DNA of 64,000 nt from NCBI RefSeq assembly GCF_004010195.1, contig NC_057755.1, forward strand, positions 474,399 to 538,398, given 5' to 3'. A program made the translations under genes and the position numbers. Positions 39,150 to 51,559 of this stretch are shown here, in pieces. The notes below the pieces were generated by a model. The model was not told the DNA's origin and did no database searches. It saw only the letters and a list, made by a program, of their open reading frames with translations. The first letter of the stretch is position 1. Every line of letters starts with the position of its first letter. The stretch is from Chiloscyllium plagiosum. Lineage: Eukaryota.

Positions 39150-39362
39150 CACATTGGCACCAACAGAAAGTAATTAGCAATCACCGTTTATTTACAAATG
39201 CATAGCCTTTAATAATAGCTCACAATGAGTCTGGCACTCAGCATAACAATATCCCTGACATTCACCCTGCTGTGTTAGCTAAATCTGTCTGATTGGATCA
39301 GATTGACAGCTCCAATCAGAGAAATCGTATCCTATGAGGTCCAGGTGGCTGACCTCATGACA
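39150..39362 (-). mobile_element. Short LTR-like repeat
   Basis: The minus strand begins TGTCATGAGGTCAGCCA, as do 44686 (+) and, with one change, 58615 (+). Confidence 0.5.
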
Positions 39363-40704
39363 ATAAGTGCAGATAGGAACAGTGGTGGGTTCTTGAAAGT
39401 AGGATTGATGTAGTCGGATAGGAAATTGAGAAGCTGCTTAAGCTGATGAACGTGCAAATGGAAATATTTGGTGGCAGGAGGAAGGGCTTTGGATGTCTCG
39501 ACTTTTTCTGTGATTTCTGAGCTGTAGGGATTGTAAAGGTGGGTTTGATGTCAACGGCATGGAAGTTGCTACCTATCTCGGGAAACAGGGTACTGTTGTT
39601 GCGGAATATTTAATCACATCAGTCAGAGTCTGTGAATCTGTGATCAAACTCCGTTAAGAGGAAAATGATGCTGGCCACGTGAAGTTGAAAGACTGTAAGT
39701 GAAAGAGAAAAGCAACAGAAACAGCTCTGAATCCACAATGATGATGTGCTTCAGTATCCGAGTCTTCAGGAGAAAGCAACCCCCTCACATACCGAACAGA
39801 TTCAGGGGCAGGGCTCCTCCGGAGCACTAATTTGTGATGTTCAGGAGATGTTCAATAATGTGAGGATTAGATGACATAGTTACTGTCAAAATCTCAACCA
39901 CTTTTTGTGATGGTGCGTGAGGCATTTAAGTGGAATCAGATTAGAAGAGCCCATCATTATTTTGTATTTTCTACAAACACCTAAATACTTAAGTAACAAT
40001 GCACAAGTAGAAGGATTAATTTATTTCATCTCGCAAAATTGAATTGACACAAGAGAGCAGAACCAAACATTCAGTAATTTATTATCATTTTCTCAAACAA
40101 TTCCAAACAAAGTGAAACAGCATTACATAATAATATTAATGCATTTGGGAAAAATGGTCATAAACTGCTCAAATTGTTTAATAAGATGGAGAATGAGGAA
40201 ATTGAATTTGGAACTCGGAGCCCTGAATCTAAGTAAAGAGAACAACAAGGAATTGATGCATAACTGGGCAAAAATGCATGGAGTTCTCAGTGGACAGGAA
40301 ATGCAATTGATGCCCATCAGGCCAATCCAATTGCAGGTCTCATCCCCAAATCCAATTTTGGAGAGTATGTCCCACGTGTTGGTTGCAATTTCCTGTCAAA
40401 GACCTTCTCCTGGTCCAGGCTGATAAGGCAGGTTTCCAAACTGAATATATCACACGCAGACAATTATATCACTAAGGAGTGCGAGGCTCTCAGAGAGCAT
40501 CATGCCCAATACAGCACATGTTTGGTCGGGGTCAATCACTGATCCCACAGCAGACCTGATCTCGTTGGCGATTATCTCAGGCAGGATTCTGTAAACTGCA
40601 TTAAGTAGTGAAATCGGTCATCATTCCTCACTGCCCCACTTCTAATTGTGGCTGAGTGTGATGATACCTTTCCTGTTATATTCGCACAGGCTACCTGTTC
40701 TGTA

Positions 40705-40825
40705 CTGTTGCTGGAAAAGCGCAGCAGGTCAGGCAGCATCCAAGGAACAGGAGAATCGACGTTTCGAGCATAATCCCTTCTTCAGGAATGAGGAAAGTGT
40801 GTCCAGTAGGCTGAGATAAAAGGCA
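40705..40825 (-). mobile_element. Penelope terminal fragment with hammerhead ribozyme core
   Basis: Minus strand CTGAAGA-AGGGATTATGCTC-GAAA-CGTC at about 40757-40786. Confidence 0.7.
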
Positions 40826-41199
40826 GTGAATGCTGCAAGCTTCCTGCTTTTACACCTCAGTTCCACTGTTTCATTAACACTGGTTCAAAAAAATCAAACA
40901 AGATTGTGTACATCGACCCCACTCCCAACAGCAGGATTCTTGTTCCAGGTTGACAACGCCACTGCTGTGGGCGTCGCTGTTGTCATCTTCCTCCACCATC
41001 ATTTGGACAAGAAACAGAAGCTAAAGATAAAGACGCAACAGCAAAGAAGAAAGAATGATGTTACTGGGCCTGGTGATCGCAATCAAACGGACTCAGGAGC
41101 ATGAATGCTGCCTGTCATGTCAATGTCTGCCATCTTAAAAGTAAAATTCATGAGGAAGGGAATGAGGGACGGTTACCAGGGCTTGTGTGTTTCACCTGT

Positions 41200-43360
41200 T
41201 AAGTGAGATTATACCAGCTGGAATTGGTTTTTATGAAATTCATCAATGTCAAACCAGTATTTTTCCTCTGATCACTGCCTCCTGCTGGTCAGAAAGGGAA
41301 CGTGGAATCTGAATGTGTAACTGCTATTCTGAGAAATCATGGAGGAGCTCAAAAGAGAATCCACAGGTTTGAGAAACGTGAAGCTACTCTCTGAGTCTCC
41401 ATCAAACTGGTGGGAATTTGTCAAGGGGAACATCAAGAGGATTTTTATTTAGAAAGCACTCTCAATGTGAGAGATAAATGGGGAGAAGTGTTCATCCTTC
41501 AGTGATTCGTGCAGAATCTACCCCAGGTACAGATAATGGGTGTTGATGCCATGGACAATATCCAGGAGGTGAAGAGCCTGAAAGTCTCACACTTTACCTC
41601 CGCAGATTCCAAGATAATCTTCCAAACCAGGGTCCACACTGTGGAGAAGGATGACACGTGCTCCCGTTTGCTCTTCGAAATGTTGCACAGAGAGAGCTCT
41701 GTGCTCAGAGCCTGAAGGGAGAAGTTAAATCTGTAACGTTATTTCGGCCTGACATACTGAAGATCAGCAAATCCTTTTATGCCAGACTCTATGACACGAA
41801 GCCCACAGACAGTGCAGTCTCCTGGTCTTCCTCCATATAGAACGCAGAATATAGAACAATACGTCACAGAAGAGGCACTTCGACCCTCGATGAGGCACCG
41901 ACCTGTGAACTAATCCAAGTCCATCCCCCTCCACTATCCCATCATCTTCCATATATTTATCCAAGGATGGTTTAAATGCCCTTCATGTGGCTGGGTTAAC
42001 TACATTGGGAGGCAGGGCCTTCCACGGCATTATCAAAAAACTGCATCTGACATCTGTCTTAAATCTATCACCCCTCAATTTGCAGCTATGTCCCCTCGTA
42101 CAAGCCAACATCTTTATTCTAGAATAAACAAACTCTCACTGTCTACTCTGTCTAATCCTCGGATCATCTTGTATATTTCTATTAAATACCTCTTAGCCTA
42201 CTTTTCTCCAATGAGAATAGACCCAAGTCCCTCAACCTTTCCTCATAAAACGCTCCGGACCAGATAACATTTTTGTAAATCTCCTTTGCGCCTTTTCCAA
42301 TTCTTCCACATTCCTCCTGCAATGGGCGACCAAAACTGTAAACAATATTCCAAGTGAGGCCGCAATGGCGTTTTGTGCATACGCAGCATGACATTACGGC
42401 TCTGGCACTCAATCCCTCTACCAATAAAACCTAACACATCGTATGCCTTCTCAACAGCACTATCAACCTGGATGGCAAATTTCAGAGATCTATATACATG
42501 AACACTCTGCACATCCACACGATCAAGAATCTTTCCATTGACCCAGTATTGTGCCTTGCTCTTATGCTTCCTAAAGAGAATCACCTCACATTTATTTGCA
42601 TTGATATTCATTTGCCACCTCTCAGTCCAATTGTTCAGTTTACCCAATACGCTCTGCAACCTGCAGCATTCTTTCATACTGTCCACTACTCCACCACCCT
42701 GTCATGTAGGTCTGAAATGACAGCACACTAGAGTGGCTGAACCAGCTGCTTTCTCTGGATGCGTTGGCCAAGACGCTCGAGTCCTTTGAAAAGAGCAAGA
42801 CTCCAGGAAGTGACGACTTACCATCTGAATTGTATTCAACTCGATGAGACTTGATTGGCCAGGACCTGCTGGAAGTGGACAACCGTGCGCTTCTAAGGCA
42901 TAACATTTGTAAATATATAATGAATGTATCAATTCCTACATCTAAAACCAGAAGGGGAGACAGGCGACTGACGACCAATTTCATTGCTGAATGTAAGTAA
43001 AAATGTCCCGGATAAGGTCATCACCAACCGGCCGGTTCTGCTTTGAGATCAGTGATTCACCCGGAACAATCCTGATTTGGAATGACAGTCATACAGTTCT
43101 CCGGGATAGAATCACCTCCGTGCAGAACAGGGGAGTTGGAAACCTGTCTCATCAGCCTGCACTAGGAGGTCCTTGCCTGGGATCTCACACACATCCATGT
43201 GGAGTGCTTTTTTTTCCAAAGTAGGCTTTGGGGAAGGATTCCACAAATGAATCCGGTAGATCTCCACCAACCTTAGTAGTTCAGCCTCAATCAATGGTTG
43301 GGAAACAATAAGCTTCTCAATCAAATCTACAGTCAGGCAGAGCTACCCACTCTCACCTTT
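41200..43360 (+). mobile_element. Degenerate Tx1/L1-clade LINE split by a CR1 insertion
   Basis: SDH-like APE end (41265), WWEFVKGNIK, ISKSFYARLY, PGSDDLPSELY, ISLLN and VRQSYPLSP. Confidence 0.7.
41838..42700 (-). mobile_element. CR1 3' half nested in Tx1
   Basis: Minus-strand WQMNINANKCEV and RPHLEYCLQFWSP, with the tail at 41838. Confidence 0.88.
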
Positions 43361-43569
43361 CCTAAGGCGTTATTGACTTCGAGGCACCTAAATAATTGTT
43401 GAAAATCATTCAGGTATTTATCCCTCGTTAGCAAAAGTCAATCTACTGAGAACCTCTTTACCACGGTCGCTAAATCCTCAATTGCTCATTTATACATTAA
43501 TTCGTTATTTAGATTAAGGAACTGAATATCAGAGTCAAATTTCCCATTCTCCATCTGAAAAAAACATTT

Positions 43570-43935
43570 TATAAAATCATGAGGGCATGGATATGGTAAA
43601 TAGACAAAGTATTTTCCCTGGGATGTGCGAGTCCAGAACGAGTGGGTGCAAGTTTAGGGTGAGAGGGGAAAGATATGAAAGAGACCTAAGGGGCAACTTT
43701 TTAACTCAGAGCGTGGCATGTGTATGGAATGAACTACCAGAGAAAGTGGTGGAGGCTACTACAATTGCAACAGTTAAAAGATACCTGGATTGGTACATGA
43801 AAAGGAAAGTTTTGGAGAAATATTGGCGAGGTGCTGTCAGGTAGGACTTGATTGGGTTGGGATATCTGGTCGGCATGGACGAGTTGGACTGAAGGGTCTT
43901 TTTTCTGTGTTGTACATTTCTGTGACTCGATTACT
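43570..43935 (+). mobile_element. CR1 3' end fragment
   Basis: FRVRGERYERDLRGNFLTQSVACVWNELP plus a 3' tail. Confidence 0.85.
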
Positions 43936-44685
43936 CTATATTTTAAGATCACTCTTACTCAATGCAATAATAATGTAAATTCATGCTATTGCATTCTATC
44001 GGTATGTTTTGGGCAAGGTATGTCAACTTACTGTATGCTTACATCTGTTACATTGTATCACTGCAAACCTGTGAGATGCAATAAGTTAGTCCTTCTAATT
44101 GGTTTTTTTTTCTGTCCAAATAGTGGAGATTTCGACAGAATGTGCACAACATAATGGATACATTATTGAGGGTAAAATGGCAATCTTGGTCTCCAGAAAG
44201 AACCCTTTCCATGAATGTGCGAGGCATGTGAGGGTAGGGTTTGATCCTGAAGATTAGGATTCTGATGCAGAACATCTTTACGTATTCAGAAAGTGATTTT
44301 GTTCCTTTTCTCCTTAACTCACGGGTTTACTACTTCATGTAGCCACCATCATTTCCCTGCTAACTGAAACTGATTCCAGGTTCCCAACACTCTGACAAGA
44401 TTGAACAAATATTCCACAATGGCGGAATGTGTTTCGCAAGAAGAGTAGTAATCTCTATTCAATTCAAACAAAACCCATGCTTCCAATGTATCCAGGTTTC
44501 ACTCGCCCCAGAAACCTCACAAATAATCCAGAGATACAAAGCCCATCCTCCTGGAACCAATGATTCCAGCCACATGTTTATCAGACCAATGTGTACTCGC
44601 AGTAACAAGGGTATCAGCTTTTCAATTTCTCGTTCAATTTGTTGCATTTTACTGGTGGGAATTCACCACTATATCTCCCTGTTTT

Positions 44686-44930
44686 TGTCATGAGGTCAGC
44701 CAGATGGACATCGTCGGGGGTATGAATTCCTACATTGAGGCTGTGAATCTGATTTATTCTGAGAGACCTATCTGAAATAAAAGGACGAATGTCAGGGACA
44801 TTGAGACACTGAGTGACTGGCTTCGTGAGAATGTCCTGTCAAAGGTGATGCATTTCCAAATAATGATATATTAATGACAGAATGCCGGCCTCTGAAGAGT
44901 GATTTCGCTCCCAGACATTGTTGGTATAAA
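44686..44930 (+). mobile_element. Short LTR-like repeat (mirror of 39150-39362)
   Basis: Starts TGTCATGAGGTCAGCCAG, and its flanks are homologous to those of the 39.2 kb copy. Confidence 0.5.
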
Positions 44931-46407
44931 TGTGCACTAGGACCACGGGCTCTGCACTTTCCACACTTTCCCGCTCCTGCTCCTGCTCCTATACTAGCCC
45001 AGAAACCTCCACACGACAAGATATGCTGAAGTTATTACGTGACATTCTCGACACTAGGCACTGTTGAGAAAATATACCATACTGGATTCTGTCAAGTCAG
45101 GCCTAATGATTCTGATAGATCCACTCAGCTTTATCCATTGCAGCCATTTGATGTAAGCACAGCACCAAAGTAACTTTATAAATCTGGAAAAAAATACTGA
45201 GGCGTTGAGGTCAGCCAGATGGTCCATGTCGATTTGAGTGCAGCATCAATTGACCAGTAATATAGCGGGACAGCAAGGGTTCAATGATGAGGGACTGAAC
45301 TGAATCAAATCCAGGTTTGAATTCCTGAAATTGAGAAGGGTCGGAGATGAGAAAAGTTTTCAGGAAAGTAATGGAAACTACTGGTACTGAATGGTCTGAA
45401 AGGCTCCTTGCTGCCTCTTGTTTTACGACTAGCATAAGCATCTAAATGTTTATAGATGGAGTGAAATCTTTCCAAGACTGAAGTGAATGAAAAATGTCTC
45501 ACATTTCTCCACATGAAATAGCACAGGCTATTTTGAGCTCACAGTGAACCTGACCTTCCGCTTGTCAGCGTTCTTATGTCCTCCTTGTCTTTTACTGTCC
45601 CATCTGACATTGTCTTATCAACAAGCACCACACATGATCCCATCATCTCTTTTGTTGATGGAGAATATAAATGGCTGTGTCTGGATAAATGATCCTTTTG
45701 CATTCATTAATGCAAGCCTGACATCATGAAGATGTCATAATTATTCTTGCTGTCTTTTTTCTGACCTTTATCAGTCCTCACACCAAGTCCCATTTCCCCA
45801 TCACCCACAAGTCTCATTGACTGCCGGTCAAACATTGTCATGATTTGACATTTCTCCATCCCTGTGTGTGAAAATCTCTCCCAGGCCACACTCCACCATC
45901 TCACTTGAAACTGTTCTAGGTTTCTTCTCTGCACATGTGCTGTACACTGCAGGGAACAGATCGTCCCCATGTGCTTCTGCACAGATCGTATGCGTTTCAG
46001 AGTCAGCGATAAAACAAGTCCAGGACACTGTTATCCTCGTAGGAGGACCTGCGTTGTTTGGAGCTCATACAACCATTAATGGTATATTTCAGTGAGTTAG
46101 TTTACTTGTTTCAATTGCTGCCTTAACTGTGAAAAAGTTATCCTTGAATCAGAAGCTGTATTCTTTTGCGATGTTGGACTTATTAAAATCTACAATGTAT
46201 CGTCTCCATTCACCAACTATCATCTCTTCACAGAACAGTGCTGATAAGCAGGGAAGGCACATTCCAGTATTGAGGTGAACGTTTCTCAGAGAGACACTCA
46301 ACAACCGGAATTTAATTTCCAAGTGGTCCATGGAAAAGGAAGGGCGACGTTGAAATAAAATTAGATTTCAGTGTTGGATAGATGATGTTGGGGGTCAATG
46401 TTGGTAT

Positions 46408-46548
46408 ACACGGTGGAACAGTGGCTCAGTCGTTAGCCGTGCTGCCTCACAGGGCCAACGGATGGGATTGGATGGGATATCCTTTGTAGGGTCGGTGTGG
46501 ACTCGATGGCCCCTTTGGCCTACTTCCACACTGTAAGGATTCTATGAT
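46408..46548 (+). mobile_element. Internally deleted HE1-like SINE
   Basis: CACGGTGG...GCTGCCTCACAG head joined to a GGGTCGGTGTGGACTCG...CCACACTGTA tail. Confidence 0.7.
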
Positions 46549-46822
46549 TTTATTTCACATGCATTTTCTAATGATTGATATTGACCGATTGAGATTTGTA
46601 TCATCCAAAAAAACTTCAGTTTTACAAATACTTTGTGACAACTGGAAGTTAACTCACTGCAGTCACCTGTTTGTCCAATTTCGTACAAAAATGAATTGAA
46701 CAACATTGTATTGCCACAGTCCCCCAGCCAATATCAGCATGTATAAATGAAAGCCTTTGAGATAGTATCACCCTGACATTTAGTACAGAAGGAATGCCTG
46801 CACAAAGAGATTCTGGAAGAAA

Positions 46823-46889
46823 ATTACGTTCTCAATTCATCATGTGCGGAGAATATTTTACACCATCCTTCCATTTGTAACAATTCCTG
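46823..46889 (+). pseudogene. GPR139-like GPCR, copy 3, coding exon 1 (start codon ATG changed to ATT)
   Basis: (I)TFSIHHVRRIFYTILPFVTIP with a G|GTAAGT donor. Same 67-bp length and phase as exon 1 of copy 2. Confidence 0.8.
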
Positions 46890-47230
46890 GTAAGTATCTT
46901 ACAACATTGAATTTGTGCCAATCTGCGTGAGGATTCTCTGCGGGTTCACTCTGCCACTGACAATGATACATGGGGACAAAAGTCACACAGTGGCATACAA
47001 TCAGTAATTTAGTCTCAGATTGCAGACAACTGATGTAATCCCCATAATCGCAGATTCCGCAGAAATTACCTGGGAAAGTGTTCATCTCATTCGGGAATGT
47101 TCCAGAAAACTCCATTTCAAGTGGAGACAACAGAGACTTTCAGTGGAATTAAGGCAAGGAATTACTTTGGAAATTTTTAGTGGTGATATTTTTATACTGA
47201 GAATGCAAAATCATTTAGTTTGAATATGGT

Positions 47231-48328
47231 TGTGGTTCGTAGAGTGATAAGCAGTGGCCTTTTCTGTGCATCTGATTTTAACGGTTTTCTTGGAGTTATT
47301 TCTGCTAGCAAAGAAATGTGTTTTAAAAGTTCCATTTGAAGTTTGGCTACAGATTGAACGGTTTTGTGCACAATGAACCTTTATTTATTTTTGATTCTTG
47401 CAACCCAACATGGTATTAATGGAGAGTTCTGGAATTTTCGATTAAGTAGGAAACCCTTATCTAAGAAAGTATTACTTTTACTTTTATCATTCCGTCATTT
47501 ATTTTAGTTTCTGTAAGTCCCTGGAACTGAGTGGATGTACAGATCTGTGCTCGTGTGAAATAAATAAGCCTTTTAGTAAATTACATTGCCTTGGAATTAA
47601 AGTGTTGTATTGGTCCCAGACAGAAGTGTTGGAACACATAAAAAGCTCTAAAGAGATTGTTTGAAGCTGAGTACATCGCCACTTAGGCATGCGAGAGCTC
47701 CAGGAAGAAATTTACTGCAGTTCTCGTTTAGAAGTGGTAGTCACAATCATTTAACCAAGCGATCAGACAGGATTTCTGGTATGAATATTATATTAGGGTT
47801 ATTATTTGGAGATGCCAGTGTTGGACTGGGGTGTATAAAGGTAAAAATCACACAACAGGAGGTTATATGCCAACAGGTTTAACTGGAAGCACTTCTGATG
47901 AAGTAGCAGCGTTCGCAAAGCTAGTGCTTCCAATTACACCTTTTGGACTATAACCTGGTGTTGTGTGATTTTTAAAATTTTTATTAGGGTTATTCTCCTT
48001 GGAACGGCACTGGGAGTCATGATTTGTATAACATACAAATGTCGTGAACTTTTGTTTCATCTATTCATTGTTTTGAGGTTAATAAGAATTAAATATTTAA
48101 TCCATGTTCATTGCCTTTGAATCTGCGTTATAGTTACGTCGATTTGTTTATCCTATTTTGTCATTATTTCTTTTCCAATAAACTGCTGTCTTGTTGTTCA
48201 GCAGTGTGTCTTTGCGATTCAGCAAGAAATCATTTTTTTAACTCAAAACAAATAAGGTTAAGATCATCAATCTGGATTTCGGCCTAGGATCTGGATTATT
48301 CTGTAATTAATCATTTGGTGTCATAACA
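47231..48328. mobile_element. LTR-like repeat with a nested Penelope-derived palindromic element (47808-47980)
   Basis: TG...CATAACA ends and AATAAA near 48177. The nested element has inverted arms AAAAATCACACAACA / TGTTGTGTGATTTTT around CTGATGA. Confidence 0.45.
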
Positions 48329-49374
48329 GAAGTGAGGCTATTAAACACTCAGACTAACACCTGTTGAACTGACAAACTAACCCCACTCTTCAAAGAGATT
48401 GCACACAAACTTTGTCCCTCCAGATCCATGATATTCCCTCGACCCAGATCAGGCATCCATTCTAAAATTTAATTGGATATTATGTCTCCCAAAGTTACTA
48501 CACTTTCACTCTGCACCATAGCCAAGGCAAAATAAATTCCCTCGCTCCTTCTCAGATCTGAGATTGCATGAGGCACTGGGTGGCTCACACATATGCGTTT
48601 TCGTGCACAGTACTGGTCAGCACAGAGAAGTGACGACAGAATGGCACTGAGGTGACTACCGAAGAGATTTACAAGAATGGTGTTAGGTGTCGATGGGAGG
48701 ATTATCCAGGACATGAGGCCTACCATTTCATTCAGAAGATGATGGTGCAACTGGAATTCACTGCCCAGTTTTGATGGTGGCTTGAGATGACCAACTTTAA
48801 TTCATTTAAAGGGAACTCGCATATGCTGTGAAGTGTAAAAACCTTTAACGCTGTTTGGACTAGGTACTGGAAAGTGGTTTCAGAACAGATAGCTCGTTTG
48901 TTCAATTGATATTGGCGTGAATGATTGATTTTAGTGCCAATGTTTCCTTGCATTCTGTGGGATTGTAGAAAGACTGAGGAGTGAATTCGCTTGGTGGGTT
49001 TAATGGCCTGTTGCTGTTTGTCCCTTTCGAATATAGGAACACTGTGTAATGTTAAATTGAATTTCAGAGGGGTCGGAGAGCTTGCAGTTGTTCCCTGAAG
49101 AGGTGTTTGCAACTTCATTATTTTTATTTTTGGGTACATGTGGAGGAATAATAGTAACTAAGTTTGCAACATAAGAACTTTTCAATTCATTAGTTAACAT
49201 TGCTTACACTGTTGATTATTCCTTTTACAAAATAAAGTTTTTTTCTAAAAAATAGACATCTTGTGAAATCTTGTACTGTCTATGAATTGCTGAGTCTTCG
49301 GATTATCAATTTAAAGGTTAATTGCCCCGGACATGATTAGAAGACAATAGAGTCAGAGAGACTCGATTTCGATC

Positions 49375-50285
49375 AAAGAACGAAAAAGAACAGAAACATT
49401 TACACCCCTTGAACAGGCCCTTCGGCTCTGCAAGTCTGAGCAATACAAATGCACTGTCTAAAGCTGTCGGTCAATTCCTAAGCATCTCTACTCTTTGCTC
49501 CCCACCTACTCATGCATCTGTCCAGACGCATCTTAAATGAATCTACCGTGCCTGCCTCTACCACCTCTGCTAGCAACTCATTCCAAACGTCCACCACCCT
49601 CTGTGTGAAGTACTTGCCGCGTGTATCCCCCTTAAACATTCCACCTCTCACTTTGGAAGCAAGACTTCTCGTTACAGAATCCTTCACCTTGGGACAAAGC
49701 TTGTCTCTATCCACCCTGTCTATACCCTTCATCATTTTGCAACACTCAATCAGGTCCCCCCTCAATCTGCTTTTCTCTAGTGAAAATGAACCTAACCTAC
49801 GCACCCTCTCTACATAGCAAGCACCTTCAAACCAGGCAACATTCTCTTAAACCTTCTATGCACCGTCTCCAAAGCGTCCACATCATTTTGTTAATGTGGC
49901 GCCTAGAACTGTACACAGTATTCTAAATGCAGCAGAAGCAAAGTCTTGTACAATTTTAACATGACTTGTAAGATCTAATACTCAGTATTCCGTCCGATGA
50001 AGGCAAGCATACTATATGCCTTCTTGTTCACTCTATCCACCTGTGCAGCAATGTTCAGGGTACAATGGACCTGCACTCCCAGATCTCTCTGCCCATCAAC
50101 ATTTCCCAAGGCTCTTCCATTCATTGTATAATTTGTTCTGGAATTAGACTTGCCGAAATGCATCACCTCACGTTTGTGTGGATTGGAAGTCATCTGCCAC
50201 TTTTCCGCCCAACTCTCTAGTCTATGTATACCCTCCTGTATCCTCTGACAGTCCCTTATGCTTTCTGCCACTCCACCAATCATAT
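49375..50285 (-). mobile_element. CR1 RT C-terminus to 3' tail
   Basis: WAEKWQM, QRDLGVQVH and LRGDLIE motifs with an (AAAGAAC)n tail. Confidence 0.9.
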
Positions 50286-50834
50286 TATGTATTATTACAC
50301 AATAGATTGGATCTGCCACATTCAGTAATTGAAGTTGTGAACTCTCTGTATTGTTTTGAATTGTGTAATTAATTCATAAAATATCAACAAGTACGTTCCA
50401 AAACTATTTGAGTCAGATTCTGCAGAGAATGCAATTAAAAAGTCACACCTCCATATTTGCATTTTGCATTATTTGCTGCCTAAATGTGGAAACAAAATTA
50501 AACCATTTGTTAATTATGGCAAGGAATTGATCACTTTCTGAAAGAAACAATGAAAAATTCAGTGAGTTAACAGGTCCCAAATTTATCATCATAGAGAGGG
50601 CTTCGATCGTGATTTATGCCCTGAATGATGCATCAAAACTTTCTCAGCTGTGTTAATATTCTGTATCAAATAATAGCATCTTCTCAAATACAACAACTCA
50701 TGTTTCTGTAAAATACTGACCAGACAATTTCAGGCAATCCTAATTGGAGGGCGTGAAAAGATTTTGGCTGTAAGAGCTGCTCCTTTTTTTGAGACATGTT
50801 AGGCTTCGGAGCTGACTTCCACCCACTCCTGGAA

Positions 50835-51150
50835 GATTAGATTAGATTAGATTACAGTGTGGAAACAGGCCCTTCGGCCCAACAAGTCCACACCGACCCG
50901 CCGAAGCGAAACCCACCCATACCCCTACATTTACCCCTTACCTAACACTATGGGCAATTTAGTATGGCCAATTCACCTGACCCTGCACATCTTTGGACTG
51001 TGGGAGGAAACCGGAGCACCCGGAGGAAACCCACGCAGACACGGGGAGAATGTGCAAACTCCACACAGTCAGTCGCCTGAGGCGGGAATTGAACCCGGGT
51101 CTCTGGCGCTGTGAGGCAGCAGTGCTAACCACTGTGCCACCGTGCCGCCC
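50835..51150 (-). mobile_element. HE1-type SINE, full length and young-looking
   Basis: Intact A/B boxes and an (ATCTA)n tail on the minus strand. Confidence 0.93.
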
Positions 51151-51559
51151 ACCAAATTATTGTTGTTATGACAAGTTTCTCGTTTCAAGAGTAATTATTG
51201 TTTTATGAGCTGTTGCATTGTTTTGGAAATTTGGGAACAGGAAAGATCAACACAACACAATTTCAAAAATAGGCGGAACAAAGACAAAGGTAGGGACCAC
51301 ATTGTCTGTGAAACAGATGGACAGAGAGAAAGCATTGAACAGCTGCTGCCTTTGCTGTTTGAGTTCATGTATTTCTGGTCATCGTTGCACATTCATTAAA
51401 AATTAGCAAACAGTGAAAATCAAACCTGTGTGAGGATGCACAGCACAGGACCAGATAAATGTTTGGTTTTTAAACGTAATCTTGATGACATTTTAAGTAA
51501 ATCGACAACATTGAGAAGAGTGAGATTGTTTATTGAAATCTTTCTCTTGATTAATATAT

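Noticed and set aside
41273..41290. CTCF-like motif (CCAGCAGGAGGCAG on the minus strand) near the palindrome centre
   Set aside because: It coincides with Tx1 endonuclease coding sequence (SDHCLLL), and there is no independent support.
45540..45580. RSS heptamer CACAGTG suggesting V(D)J segments
   Set aside because: There is no nonamer at 12- or 23-bp spacing and no Ig/TCR segment nearby.
46742..46748. TATA box upstream of GPCR copy 3 exon 1
   Set aside because: It is not conserved in copy 2 (TAAAAAT), and a conserved upstream donor suggests this region is intronic.
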